31,419 nt of DNA from Planctomycetota bacterium (GTDB lineage Bacteria > Planctomycetota > Phycisphaerae > Sedimentisphaerales > Anaerobacaceae): assembly GCA_019456195.1 (NCBI GenBank), contig VRUK01000069.1, positions 1 to 31,419 on the forward strand, given 5' to 3'. The notes below the pieces were generated by a model. It saw only the letters and a program-made list of their open reading frames with translations, was not told the DNA's origin and did no database searches. Both the position numbers and the translations under genes were made by a program. Below are positions 17,557 through 27,126 of this stretch, piece after piece (positions within the stretch are counted from its first letter, which is position 1; each line of letters opens with the position of its first letter).

Positions 17557-17584
17557 AAACACCCAAATTACAATTCAATATTCT

Positions 17585-17971
17585 TTATACTACCTCGCTT
17601 GCCAGCGAGATAATCTTCATATAATTTTTTTCGCGAAGCTCGCGAGCCACCGCGCCGAATATTCTTGTTCCTATCGGATTGCCATCACCGTCAATCATCA
17701 CTGCGGCATTGCTGTCAAATCTTACATAGCTGCCATCCTTGCGTTTCACAGGGCTCTTAGTGCGAATAATAAGACACTTATGCACTTTCTTATCATCCAA
17801 CTGACAATTGGGAAGCGACTTTTTTATCGCAACACAAACAATATCTCCAACGCCTGCGCACGGACGGGTCTTTCTACCCCGAGATCCGCCTCTTCCGAGA
17901 ACCTTTATACACAACGCCGACTTGACACCTGAATTGTCGGCTATATCCAACATTGTTTCCTGCTGAACCAT
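17585..17971 (-). CDS. rplN: 50S ribosomal protein L14
   Basis: [17 protein letters not shown]... is canonical L14. Confidence 0.96.
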   Translation of the reverse strand: MVQQETMLDIADNSGVKSALCIKVLGRGGSRGRKTRPCAGVGDIVCVAIKKSLPNCQLDDKKVHKCLIIRTKSPVKRKDGSYVRFDSNAAVMIDGDGNPIGTRIFGAVARELREKNYMKIISLASEVV

Positions 17972-17987
17972 TATCTTTTATCCCAAC

Positions 17988-18266
17988 TCAAACTTTAACT
18001 GCTCTCTGGACAACCTTGACAAGCCGCCAACTCTTGGTCTTGCTGCGAGGACTGCACTGAGTGATTTCAACCACATCGCCAACACCACTGTTATTGTGTT
18101 CGTCGTGAACACCAATTTTCGTCCTGCGCTTGATGTATTTGCCGTACTTTGGATGCTTGACTTTGAAGTCAATGACTACCTTGACGCTCTTGTCGCCACT
18201 GTTGCTTACCACCACGCCGGTTAATGTTTTTAATTTTTGTTCCTGCATCTTTGCTTTCCGACTCAT
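17988..18266 (-). CDS. rpsQ: 30S ribosomal protein S17
   Basis: [33 protein letters not shown] is canonical S17. The ATG at 18266 overlaps the rpmC stop (TGATG), and the track start at 18269 is a TTG. Confidence 0.94.
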   Translation of the reverse strand: MSRKAKMQEQKLKTLTGVVVSNSGDKSVKVVIDFKVKHPKYGKYIKRRTKIGVHDEHNNSGVGDVVEITQCSPRSKTKSWRLVKVVQRAVKV

Positions 18267-18472
18267 CAATCGTCTGCGGGTAAAACGTTACTTTTTTCCC
18301 GCATTATTGTTTTAATTCTTGCGATATCACGCTTGACATTAATAACGGCTTTGGAGTTCTCCAGCTTTTCCGTAACCGCCTGTGAGCGCAGATCAAACAA
18401 ATGCCTTTCAAGCTCTTCAAGCTTGTGTTCGAGCTCATCCTGACTCATCTCTCTGTAATGCTGCGCTTTCAT
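18266..18472 (-). CDS. rpmC: 50S ribosomal protein L29
   Basis: [31 protein letters not shown] is canonical L29, starting at ATG 18472, 13 nt after the rplP stop. The track ORF runs into rplP. Confidence 0.94.
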   Translation of the reverse strand: MKAQHYREMSQDELEHKLEELERHLFDLRSQAVTEKLENSKAVINVKRDIARIKTIMREKSNVLPADD

Positions 18473-18485
18473 TCGAAGAGTTCCT

Positions 18486-18905
18486 TTACAATGAATGTCT
18501 TCGTTTAATAAATCTACACCTAATCGGCATTTTATGAGCAACCCTGAGCAGCGCCTCTTTTGCAACATCCTCAGCTACTCCGCCGATCTCAAAACAAACC
18601 TGTCCGGGCCTGACTCTTGCAACCCAGAACTCCGGCTCACCTTTACCTTTACCCATTCGAGTTTCGAGCGGCTTGGAACTCACCGGCTTATGCGGGAATA
18701 TTCTGATATATACCTTGCCTTCGCGATGCAAAAAGTGAGTTGCTGCTACTCGGCCGGCCTCAATGTGTCTTGCCGTTATCCAGCTCATTTCCAAAACCTG
18801 TAAACCGTATTCACCGAACGCAACAAAATTGCTTCTCGAGGCATTGCCCTTCATTTTGCCGCGTTGGCTTTTACGATATTTAACTCTTTTCGGCATCATT
18901 GCCAT
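18486..18905 (-). CDS. rplP: 50S ribosomal protein L16
   Basis: [16 protein letters not shown]... is canonical L16. The start could instead be Met3 or Met4. Confidence 0.95.
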   Translation of the reverse strand: MAMMPKRVKYRKSQRGKMKGNASRSNFVAFGEYGLQVLEMSWITARHIEAGRVAATHFLHREGKVYIRIFPHKPVSSKPLETRMGKGKGEPEFWVARVRPGQVCFEIGGVAEDVAKEALLRVAHKMPIRCRFIKRRHSL

Positions 18906-18967
18906 TTTTATTTACCCTTGCAAAACTCGTATTTAAGATATCACTATTTTATCAACAAAACAGCTTT

Positions 18968-19795
18968 TCAGCTTTCTTTTGCTTCACCTGGCTCTGCCTT
19001 TGTCGGCTCTGCAGGCGGCACATTCGGTGCAGCAGCAACAGGTGCGGCAACTGCTCTGCTACTTCTCTTAGGAGCCTCTTTAGGTCTCCCGCCGCCTCTT
19101 GATGAGGGACCCGTACGTCTTGGTGGACGGCGCCGATGCTGGATCGGAACAATTTCTTCGCCGAATTTGCCTTTATAAATCCAAACTTTTATACCAATAG
19201 CTCCGTATGTTGTTCTTGACGTTGCGATAGCATAATCTACGTTGGCGTCCAACGTATGCAACGGGATACTGCCAAGCTTCTGAGTTTCCTTTCGGGACAT
19301 CTCAGAACCGCCCAGCCGACCCGAGCAAATAATCTTAACTCCTTTAGCACCACATTGCATTGCATTTTCACAATATTGTTTCATCGTACGCCTGAAGGAA
19401 GCCCGCTTGCCTAACTGCTCAGCAATCGCCTCAGCAACCAAAGTAGAGTTAAGGTCAGGGTCTTTTATCTCGATGACGTTGACACTTATCTTCCTGCCTG
19501 TCAGGTCTTCAAGCTCTTCACGCAGCTTATCGACTTCACCGCCCCTTGGGCCAATGACCACGCCGGGCCGAGCGCTGTGCAGTGTTACTTTCACTTCGTT
19601 GCGCGTCCGAATTATTTCGGTCTTTGCAACCGCACCTTTGGGCATGCGACGGTTAAATCTATTGTCAACATACCGGCGAATCTTCTGGTCCTCGACAAGA
19701 TAATCCCCGTAATTGGCCTTTGTAGCAAACCACGTACTCTGCCAACCAAGTGTTATTCCTGTCCTAAATCCTATTGGCGATACTTTCTGGCCCAT
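18968..19795 (-). CDS. rpsC: 30S ribosomal protein S3 (with a ~55-aa Pro/Ala/Arg-rich C-terminal tail)
   Basis: MGQKVSPIGFRTGI... with KH and S3-C domains. The core ends near GIKVWIYKG (aa ~209). Confidence 0.96.
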   Translation of the reverse strand: MGQKVSPIGFRTGITLGWQSTWFATKANYGDYLVEDQKIRRYVDNRFNRRMPKGAVAKTEIIRTRNEVKVTLHSARPGVVIGPRGGEVDKLREELEDLTGRKISVNVIEIKDPDLNSTLVAEAIAEQLGKRASFRRTMKQYCENAMQCGAKGVKIICSGRLGGSEMSRKETQKLGSIPLHTLDANVDYAIATSRTTYGAIGIKVWIYKGKFGEEIVPIQHRRRPPRRTGPSSRGGGRPKEAPKRSSRAVAAPVAAAPNVPPAEPTKAEPGEAKES

Positions 19796-19816
19796 AATTC
19801 GTATCTCGTATTTCGT

Positions 19817-20365
19817 TTATGCTTGTGTTACTGTTATATGTATATGACAAGCTTTCTTGTGAATAGGATGCGCTCTGCCTCTGTCTTTTGGTATCCATCT
19901 TTTTGTACCGATCCGAATTCCCGCATCATCGCACCGGGCAGAGCATACATAAAGTTTTTCAACATCAACCTGCCGCTCGTCGGCATCCGCTACAGCGCTT
20001 CTCAAAACCTTATCAATCATCGTTGCAGCACGTTTTCTCGTGAACTTCAGGATATCCATTGCGTCCTGAACACTCCGACCGACTATCAATTGAGTAACCA
20101 AACGGGCTTTGCGAGCTGACATCGGTGCATATCGATAAGACGAACGCCAGTTAGCAATATCATTTACCTCGACAGACAAGGCACTCGCCAGGCGACTAAT
20201 ATCATCCGCACGCGGTTCCGGTTTGAACAGACCTTTTTGCCAGTTCTTAATAGCTGCAACCGCTTGCTTTTTATTAAGCCTGGCTCCGGTAAGTCTATCG
20301 GCCATCTGCCCGATATCCATCTGTCGTTCCCGGCAACATTCTTTTAACTTCTCAGCACTTAGCAT
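19817..20365 (-). CDS. rplV: 50S ribosomal protein L22 with a ~70-aa N-terminal extension (HTH-like)
   Basis: The canonical L22 core starts near aa 73 (RYAPMSARKARLVTQLIVGRSVQDAMDILKF...HIHITV). The frame is open back to ATG 20365, 42 nt after the rpsS stop. Confidence 0.9.
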   Translation of the reverse strand: MLSAEKLKECCRERQMDIGQMADRLTGARLNKKQAVAAIKNWQKGLFKPEPRADDISRLASALSVEVNDIANWRSSYRYAPMSARKARLVTQLIVGRSVQDAMDILKFTRKRAATMIDKVLRSAVADADERQVDVEKLYVCSARCDDAGIRIGTKRWIPKDRGRAHPIHKKACHIHITVTQA

Positions 20366-20407
20366 AATTATCTCAAATCTGTCTTTACGAGCAGCGCTTC
20401 ACGCATA

Positions 20408-20677
20408 TTACTTTATCTTCTTACTCGAATGTCCCTTAAACGTCCGTGTGGGCGAAAATTCACCTAACTTATGCCCTACCATATCTTCGGTAACAAATAC
20501 TTTATGAAACATCTTGCCATTGTGAACCATAAACGTAAAACCGACGAACTCCGGGACAATAGTACATCTTCTTGCCCAGGTCTTTATCGGCTCGCGAGAA
20601 CCGGCATCAATTTGCTTATTGACCTTGCCAAACAGCTTGTCGTCAACGTATGGTCCTTTTTTAAGAGATCTTCCCAT
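20408..20677 (-). CDS. rpsS: 30S ribosomal protein S19
   Basis: [12 protein letters not shown]...[16 protein letters not shown] is canonical S19. Confidence 0.96.
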   Translation of the reverse strand: MGRSLKKGPYVDDKLFGKVNKQIDAGSREPIKTWARRCTIVPEFVGFTFMVHNGKMFHKVFVTEDMVGHKLGEFSPTRTFKGHSSKKIK

Positions 20678-20718
20678 TTCTCGTATCTCACATGGCGTGC
20701 GTTTTTCGCACGACTAAA

Positions 20719-21570
20719 TCATATATTCAGTTGTTTCTGTCGTTTACTTTTACGCCTGCGAATTATCCTCTTGTTACTTGGATTCCGCGGATTTCTGGTT
20801 TTCCCACCCTTTGCAAGCACACCGGTAGGCGAACAGGGATGGCGTCCGCCATTTGCTCTGCCTTCTCCACCACCCATCGGATGAGAGACCGGATTCATCG
20901 CTTTTCCCCTTACATGCGGCTTGATACCCATATGCCGCTTACGTCCGGCTTTGCCAATGCGTACATTCTGGTGGTCGGGATTGCTAACCCGGCCGATTGT
21001 TGCCCGGCATTCCTTACGAATCATCCGCATCTCACCACTTGGCAAAATGATGCTAACCCAGTTACCTTCTTTTGCCACAATCTTTGCGGCGTTTCCGGCG
21101 CCTCTGACAAGCTTTCCACCCTGGCCGGCTATCATTTCGATATTATGAATCTCCATACTGGCAGGAATAGCAGACATAGGCATCGTATTACCAATCTTAG
21201 GCTCACAAACCTGTCCGCTTTCCACCTTGTCTCCGGCCTTTATACCAAGTGGAGCTAATATATACCTCTTTTCGCCGTCGGCGTAGTGAAGCAGGGAAAT
21301 AAAACAATTCCTGTTGGGGTCGTATTCAATTGTCGCCACTTTTGCCGGGATGCCGTCCTTCTTACGTTTGAAATCGATTATTCGGTAAATCTTTCTTGCA
21401 CCACCGCCCCGAAAACGAGTGGTGGTAACACCATAATGATTTCTCCCACCGCTCTTTTTGATACGCTTGCAAAGTGACTTCTCAGGCTTGTCGGTGGTCA
21501 ATTCGGCATAATCGTTGACCGAACTGTTTCTTCGACCGGCACTTGTTGGTTTATAAATTCGAATACCCAT
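20719..21570 (-). CDS. rplB: 50S ribosomal protein L2
   Basis: YKPTSAGRR...GGGEGR...MNPVSHPMGGGEG is canonical L2. Confidence 0.97.
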   Translation of the reverse strand: MGIRIYKPTSAGRRNSSVNDYAELTTDKPEKSLCKRIKKSGGRNHYGVTTTRFRGGGARKIYRIIDFKRKKDGIPAKVATIEYDPNRNCFISLLHYADGEKRYILAPLGIKAGDKVESGQVCEPKIGNTMPMSAIPASMEIHNIEMIAGQGGKLVRGAGNAAKIVAKEGNWVSIILPSGEMRMIRKECRATIGRVSNPDHQNVRIGKAGRKRHMGIKPHVRGKAMNPVSHPMGGGEGRANGGRHPCSPTGVLAKGGKTRNPRNPSNKRIIRRRKSKRQKQLNI

Positions 21571-21586
21571 AATTCGTATCTCGTAT

Positions 21587-21865
21587 TTAGAACAAATCTA
21601 TATGAAATTCAGGGTCCAGAAATACAATAGCCTTTTTCCAGCTTGATGTCTCTCCAGTCGCCCTGCCTCTGCGACGTTGCTTGCCTTTGCGGTTGGCCGT
21701 CCTTACCTTTTGGACCTTGACATTATATATTCTTTCAACAGCATTTTTTATCTGCGTCTTATTGGCTCTTTTATTTACTTGAAAAGAATATGCACTTTTT
21801 GTATTTGCAAAGTGCATCCCCTGTTCTGTAATCAAAGGCCGAATTATTACGTTATAATCATCCAC
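21587..21865 (-). CDS. rplW: 50S ribosomal protein L23
   Basis: IIRPLITEQ...YSFQVNKRANKTQIKNAVERIYNVKV is canonical L23. The apparent start is a GTG at 21865, 11 nt after the rplD stop. Confidence 0.93.
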   Translation of the reverse strand: MDDYNVIIRPLITEQGMHFANTKSAYSFQVNKRANKTQIKNAVERIYNVKVQKVRTANRKGKQRRRGRATGETSSWKKAIVFLDPEFHIDLF

Positions 21866-21876
21866 ACTAATACCCG

Positions 21877-22512
21877 TTAATTATCGCTTGCCTGCTCTCG
21901 GTTCAAAACATCTAAAAACGCTTCCTTTGTAAACAGCATTTTGCGATGACAGCAAATATCACCAGCGTTCAATTCACTTACACGCAAAACATCTACCTTT
22001 GGAATATTATTAGCCGATTTGTAAAGATTTACGTTTTCAGAGCTAACCGTTACCAGACAACTGCGATCAATTTTCAAGTTGCCCAGAATACCTGCAAAAT
22101 CTTTTGTTTTTGGTTTATCGAAATTTAGACCATCAACAAGCACGACATCGCTTTTCAAAAGCTTTGCCAATATCGCTGAGTCCCTGGCTAATCTTCTTTG
22201 CTTTTTCGGCATGCTTTTGCTGAAATCCCTTTTAGTTTTGGCAAAGGTAACGCCACCACCTTTACGTTTACCGGTTCTGATATTACCAACCCGGGCATTT
22301 CCAGTCCCCTTTTGCCGAAAGAGCTTTTTAGTCGAACCAGACACCATACTTCTGCTCTTGGTGGCGGCAGTCCCCACACGCTTGTTCGCATGATACATAA
22401 CAATGGCTTGCTTAAGCAGAGAGTATCTGACCGATCCGCCAAAAACCGCCACATCAACTTTCAAGATTTCGACTTCCTGACCATCTGTGTTGTAAACCGC
22501 CAATTTAATCAT
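21877..22512 (-). CDS. rplD: 50S ribosomal protein L4
   Basis: 211 aa; KQKGTGNARVGNIR is the L4 signature. Confidence 0.95.
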   Translation of the reverse strand: MIKLAVYNTDGQEVEILKVDVAVFGGSVRYSLLKQAIVMYHANKRVGTAATKSRSMVSGSTKKLFRQKGTGNARVGNIRTGKRKGGGVTFAKTKRDFSKSMPKKQRRLARDSAILAKLLKSDVVLVDGLNFDKPKTKDFAGILGNLKIDRSCLVTVSSENVNLYKSANNIPKVDVLRVSELNAGDICCHRKMLFTKEAFLDVLNREQASDN

Positions 22513-22540
22513 TTTTCCAGGTATTCCATTCTCCCACTAT

Positions 22541-23188
22541 TTAGTCTTTTTTTGCACTTCGTACAATGCAATAACCACCGGCCGGGCCAGGCACAGAACC
22601 CTTGATTATTAGCAAGTTCTTCTCTTCGTCCACTTCTAGCAACTTGTGGTTCTTCATAGTTACACGACAGTTGCCCATATGCCCTGCCATTTTCTTCCCT
22701 TTTTTAGGGCCTGCACCGTGACCTGCGTCACTACAGTAACTCGCTATCGAGCCGGGCGCTCTGTGTTTTCTTTCCGTGCCGTGCGAGGCCGGGAACCCAC
22801 CGAAACCGTGCCGCTTCATTACTCCGGCAAAGCCTTTACCCTTGCTGGTGCCTACAACATCGACGTATTTCTCTTCCGCAAAAACTGAAACCGTCACAGC
22901 ATTTCCAACTTCGTACTGCTGTTCGGCGCCTTCGTCCAAACGCATTTCTTTGATGAACTTCTTTGGGGTTGTGTTGGCTTTTTTGGCATGCCCGATTTGC
23001 GGATGCTTCCTGCGGGCGGGCTTTATCTCATCGTAACCCAATTGAACAGCATTGTAGCCGTCAGTTTCAGTCGTTTTTACCTGCATAACCTGACAGGGAC
23101 CGGCCTGTATGACCGTAACCGGCACTAAGTTACCCAAATCGTTATATATCTGGGTCATTCCAACTTTTTTTCCTAACAACATTGTCAT
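22541..23188 (-). CDS. rplC: 50S ribosomal protein L3
   Basis: LLGKKVGMTQIY...VTVIQAGPC...TSKGKGFAGVMKRHGF is canonical L3. Confidence 0.96.
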   Translation of the reverse strand: MTMLLGKKVGMTQIYNDLGNLVPVTVIQAGPCQVMQVKTTETDGYNAVQLGYDEIKPARRKHPQIGHAKKANTTPKKFIKEMRLDEGAEQQYEVGNAVTVSVFAEEKYVDVVGTSKGKGFAGVMKRHGFGGFPASHGTERKHRAPGSIASYCSDAGHGAGPKKGKKMAGHMGNCRVTMKNHKLLEVDEEKNLLIIKGSVPGPAGGYCIVRSAKKD

Positions 23189-23226
23189 TTCTTTGTATCT
23201 CGTATCTGGTGATTCGCTTGGAAGTA

Positions 23227-23541
23227 TCAGGCTTTTATCCTTACAAAAACTCCCGCCGGTACTACAAGGCGGTTCAACACTTCAACCGTTCGAGCGTTGG
23301 CTTCGTGAATATCAATCAGGCGTTTATGAGTCCTCAGTTCGAACTGTTCACGCGATTTCTTGTCGATGTGCGGACTTCGCAAAACAGTATATCTTTCAAT
23401 ACGCGTCGGCAGAGGCACGGGACCACTAACACGAGCATTGGTCTTACGAGCGTGCTCCACTATTTCCTTGGCGGATGCATCAAGAGCCCTGTGGTCGTAA
23501 GACTCCATCTTAATTCTTATTCTTTCAGTGTCAGCTGCCAT
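23227..23541 (-). CDS. rpsJ: 30S ribosomal protein S10
   Basis: [15 protein letters not shown]...GPVPLPT...[16 protein letters not shown] is canonical S10. RBS AAGGGA at 23547-23552. Confidence 0.96.
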   Translation of the reverse strand: MAADTERIRIKMESYDHRALDASAKEIVEHARKTNARVSGPVPLPTRIERYTVLRSPHIDKKSREQFELRTHKRLIDIHEANARTVEVLNRLVVPAGVFVRIKA

Positions 23542-24016
23542 AAAGTTCCCTTACTCAAGCCGCTAAAGGCTTGAAGTATTTCAACTTATACTACAAAAAA
23601 AACATAAAACCCAATTTTAGACTATATTACTTCTGCTATCAGCCAAACGTAATTTGTTTGATTTCTGGCAGGAAAAGCCTTTATATCGATTATTGATTAC
23701 TCAAATGTTATTTTCGCTTTAGTCTTTCAATAATCAACTACCAAATTCGCCTTCCTTAAGAGTTTGGGTTCGGGTTGTAACTACTACCCATTCAAAGCCA
23801 TACACAAGCTTTTGGAATACCCCTGATTCTAAACAGAGTCATAAATCATCCATGACCACAATTTTTTAGATATGCCACAGCCCAACTAAGGTTTTCGCAA
23901 AGCCGTCCTTGGCTCTGCTCGCTACGGCTGAAAACATTGGAAGCTAACACATAAAACAATAGCTGTCAACAAAATGTCGATAAAAATATATAAAATTTAA
24001 AATATTTTACACTTTC

Positions 24017-26092
24017 TTAAAAAATGATTTGCTTGGCAATCTGTTCGGGGACCTTCTCATAGCTCAACGGCTCCATCGTAAAGTTCCCCCTGCCCGCTGT
24101 TACACTTCTAATATCGCTGGAATATCCAAATAATTCAACCAGCGGTGCCTTCGCATCAATTACCTGCATATTTCCATGCACATGACAATCGGTAATTAGT
24201 CCCCTTTTTGAAAGCAAGTTACCCTGAACAGCTCCAAAATTAACCTGCGGTACTATTACTTGAAGTCTCATAACCGGCTCAAGTAATACCGGGTTCGCCT
24301 CTTTTATCGCCTTCCCGAGAGCAATTGCGGCTGCCTGCTCAAAAGCAAGACCCGAGGAATCCACAGAATGGAAAGATCCATCAATTAGCGTAACTTTAAT
24401 TCCCACAATAGGATAGCCCGACAATACACCGCTGCTTAATGCATCCTTGCACCCACTTTTAACGTCAGGAATGTATTCTCTTGGTACGGCATCGCCGGGG
24501 GCCTCATTTTGAAATTCATAATCACGGCTCCAATGGCCGTCATCTGTTAAAAGTGGCTCGACTTTCAAAACAACGTGCCCATATTGGCCATGCCCACCTG
24601 TCTGGCGGACAAACTTGCCTTCAGCCTGTGCTGTTTTAGTAATAGCCTCCTTGTAGGCCACTCGGGGTTTGCCTACCCTGACGTCCACTCCTTTGTCCCT
24701 TATCAGTTTATGCTGAAGTATCTCCAGGTGTAATTCACCCATTCCACTGATTATTGTCTGGCCCGTTTCACTGTCTGTTTTGCATTCAAAAGTCGGATCC
24801 TCACGCTTTAAGTCGGCCAGGGCATCAGCCAGTTTTGCCTTTTCTGCAGTCGTTCTTGGCTCTATCGACATATTAATAACCGTTTGTGGAAATGTAATAC
24901 TCGGAAGAGAAACCGGTTTCTTGGGGTCACAAATCGTATCGCCTGTAAGTGTCTGCTTCAGTCCAACAACTGCGACAATATCGCCTGCACTGGCTGAATC
25001 CAAAATTTTTCGTTCAGCGGCGTGCATTTCAAATATTCTGGTAATATTCTCCCGACGATTACGATTTGTATTCAAAACTCTGCTGCTTGATTTTAATTTG
25101 CCCTGATAGATCCTTAGAAAATACAAATCACCATGTGAATCACTGGTAATCTTAAACGCCAGCGCAACCAGACTGCCATTGGGGTCGCATTTAATAGTTA
25201 TTTTTTTATCTTCATCATTCGGTTTGTATCCGGTTAAAACCGGTTTATCCAGGGGGGAAGGCAAATATGCCAGAACGCCGTCAAGCAGTCTTTGCACACC
25301 AATATACTTCAAGGCAGAGCCAACAAATACCGGATGAAGCTTGTTGCTCAGGGTTCCTTTTCTAATTGCCCTGTTAATCATCGTAATATCGGCCGGCTTA
25401 TCGTGAACATAACAGTCCATCAACTCGTCATCAAATTCGGCTGCAAGCTCAATCATCTGTTTTCTTTCCCGCTGAGCAGTCTGTTTAAACTCATCAGGAA
25501 TTTCCATTTCTTCGAAAGTCGCACCCATCTTTTCAGCTTTATAGAAAACCGCCTGCATCTTTAACAGGTCTATCACGCCGGCAAAAGTGTCCTCGGCGCC
25601 AATCGGAATCTGCAGCAAAATCGGATTCGCAAGGAGCTTATCTCGAATACTGTTAATCGTCATCTCGAAATCGGCGCCAACTTTGTCCATCTTATTTACA
25701 AAGCAAAAACAAGGCAGATCGTATTTTTGCCCCTGCCTCCAGACGGTTTCACTCTGGGCCTGAACGCCTTCACTGCCGTCAAAGACAGCTATAGCGCCGT
25801 CGAGAACACGTAACGACCTTTCGACTTCAGCAGTAAAGTCAATATGGCCCGGTGTATCGATAAGATTGATTTCATAATCCTTCCATGGGCATTTCGTCGC
25901 CGCTGAAGTGATAGTAATACCTCTTTTTTGCTCTTCTTCCATAAAGTCCATAACGGCAGTACCATCATGGACCTCTCCCATTTTGTAGGTTTTGCCCGCA
26001 TAGAAAAGAATACGCTCGGTAACCGTTGTTTTACCGGCATCGATATGGGCCATAATCCCGATATTCCGCAGTTTTTCCAAATTGCTCGACAT
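24017..26092 (-). CDS. fusA: translation elongation factor G
   Basis: 691 aa; G1 [10 protein letters not shown]3 DTPGHIDF and G4 NKMD. Position after rpsG fits. Confidence 0.97.
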   Translation of the reverse strand: MSSNLEKLRNIGIMAHIDAGKTTVTERILFYAGKTYKMGEVHDGTAVMDFMEEEQKRGITITSAATKCPWKDYEINLIDTPGHIDFTAEVERSLRVLDGAIAVFDGSEGVQAQSETVWRQGQKYDLPCFCFVNKMDKVGADFEMTINSIRDKLLANPILLQIPIGAEDTFAGVIDLLKMQAVFYKAEKMGATFEEMEIPDEFKQTAQRERKQMIELAAEFDDELMDCYVHDKPADITMINRAIRKGTLSNKLHPVFVGSALKYIGVQRLLDGVLAYLPSPLDKPVLTGYKPNDEDKKITIKCDPNGSLVALAFKITSDSHGDLYFLRIYQGKLKSSSRVLNTNRNRRENITRIFEMHAAERKILDSASAGDIVAVVGLKQTLTGDTICDPKKPVSLPSITFPQTVINMSIEPRTTAEKAKLADALADLKREDPTFECKTDSETGQTIISGMGELHLEILQHKLIRDKGVDVRVGKPRVAYKEAITKTAQAEGKFVRQTGGHGQYGHVVLKVEPLLTDDGHWSRDYEFQNEAPGDAVPREYIPDVKSGCKDALSSGVLSGYPIVGIKVTLIDGSFHSVDSSGLAFEQAAAIALGKAIKEANPVLLEPVMRLQVIVPQVNFGAVQGNLLSKRGLITDCHVHGNMQVIDAKAPLVELFGYSSDIRSVTAGRGNFTMEPLSYEKVPEQIAKQIIF

Positions 26093-26136
26093 AATTAATA
26101 TTTCGTCTTTCTTGAGCCGTAACTCGAGCGGTGTAT

Positions 26137-26178
26137 AAAAAAACTGCCACGGTTATTTTCATAAAATTCCGTGGCAGT
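26137..26178 (-). terminator. terminator/attenuator-like hairpin between rpsG and fusA
   Basis: The minus strand reads ACTGCCACGG-(16-nt AT-rich loop)-CCGTGGCAGT followed by TTTTTTT. That is a perfect 10-bp stem (26143-26152 / 26169-26178) with the T-tract corresponding to the A-run at 26137-26143. Confidence 0.5.
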
Positions 26179-26193
26179 TACAAGCTAAGGTTG

Positions 26194-26667
26194 TTACCAG
26201 GCAAAGTGGGCAAAGGCCTTATTCGCCTCGGCCATTCTGTGAATATTCTCCCGGGTGGTCATTGCCGTACCATGTTCTTTATATGCATCTATTAATTCAG
26301 CAGCCAGTCGCTCGCACATAGGTTTGCCCTTTTTGCCTCTGGCCGAAGCCAATATCCACCTGAACGCAAGCGATTGCTGGCGTTTGGAGCTTACCTGCAT
26401 CGGAACCTGATAACTGGCTCCGCCAATACGTTTGCTGCGAACTTCGAGTAACGGCTTTACATTGTTTATCGCTTTCTCAAATACCTCAAGAACCTCAACA
26501 TCCTTGACATCTTTACCGATGATATCCATAGCATCATAAAATACCTGCTGCGCCGTGCTTTTTTTGCCGTCCAACATCAAACAGTTCACAAACTTGGAGA
26601 CCAGCTTGCTGTTATATTTCGCATCCGGTTTTAATTGTTGACTTGAAGCCGTAAACTTTTTAGACAT
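26194..26667 (-). CDS. rpsG: 30S ribosomal protein S7
   Basis: 157 aa; [22 protein letters not shown]...[10 protein letters not shown] is canonical S7. RBS AAGGAAAA. Confidence 0.96.
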   Translation of the reverse strand: MSKKFTASSQQLKPDAKYNSKLVSKFVNCLMLDGKKSTAQQVFYDAMDIIGKDVKDVEVLEVFEKAINNVKPLLEVRSKRIGGASYQVPMQVSSKRQQSLAFRWILASARGKKGKPMCERLAAELIDAYKEHGTAMTTRENIHRMAEANKAFAHFAW

Positions 26668-26717
26668 TACTTTTCCTTAATATTGTTAACTTATAATTAC
26701 TTATATATTTAACCAGC

Positions 26718-27089
26718 TCACTTCGCCTTTTTTGCACCATATTTACTTCTGCCTTGTTTTCGATTAGCCACGCCGGCACAGTCAAGAACACCACGAACGA
26801 TATGATACCGCACACCCGGCAGGTCTCTGACTCGGCCGCCGCGAACCACAACCGTGCTGTGCTCCTGAAGATTGTGGTCAATACCCGGTATATAAGCGGT
26901 AACTTCCTTGCCGTTGGTAAGACGAACACGAGCGATTTTTCGCAAAGCCGAGTTCGGTTTCTTGGGCGTTTGTGTCCTTACAATCAGGCACACACCTTTT
27001 TTCTGCGGACAACCCTTGATATCAGATACTCGTTTATGGCCCTTCGATTTCGACCGAGGATTTCTAACTAACTGATTTATAGTTGGCAT
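26718..27089 (-). CDS. rpsL: 30S ribosomal protein S12
   Basis: The canonical start [12 protein letters not shown] is at ATG 27087-27089. The track ORF (to 27239) is an upstream extension that would overlap the rpoC 3' end. Confidence 0.96.
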   Translation of the reverse strand: MPTINQLVRNPRSKSKGHKRVSDIKGCPQKKGVCLIVRTQTPKKPNSALRKIARVRLTNGKEVTAYIPGIDHNLQEHSTVVVRGGRVRDLPGVRYHIVRGVLDCAGVANRKQGRSKYGAKKAK

Positions 27090-27126
27090 AATACTTGTAT
27101 GGCCTTTCGTGTTTTCATTATCGAAA

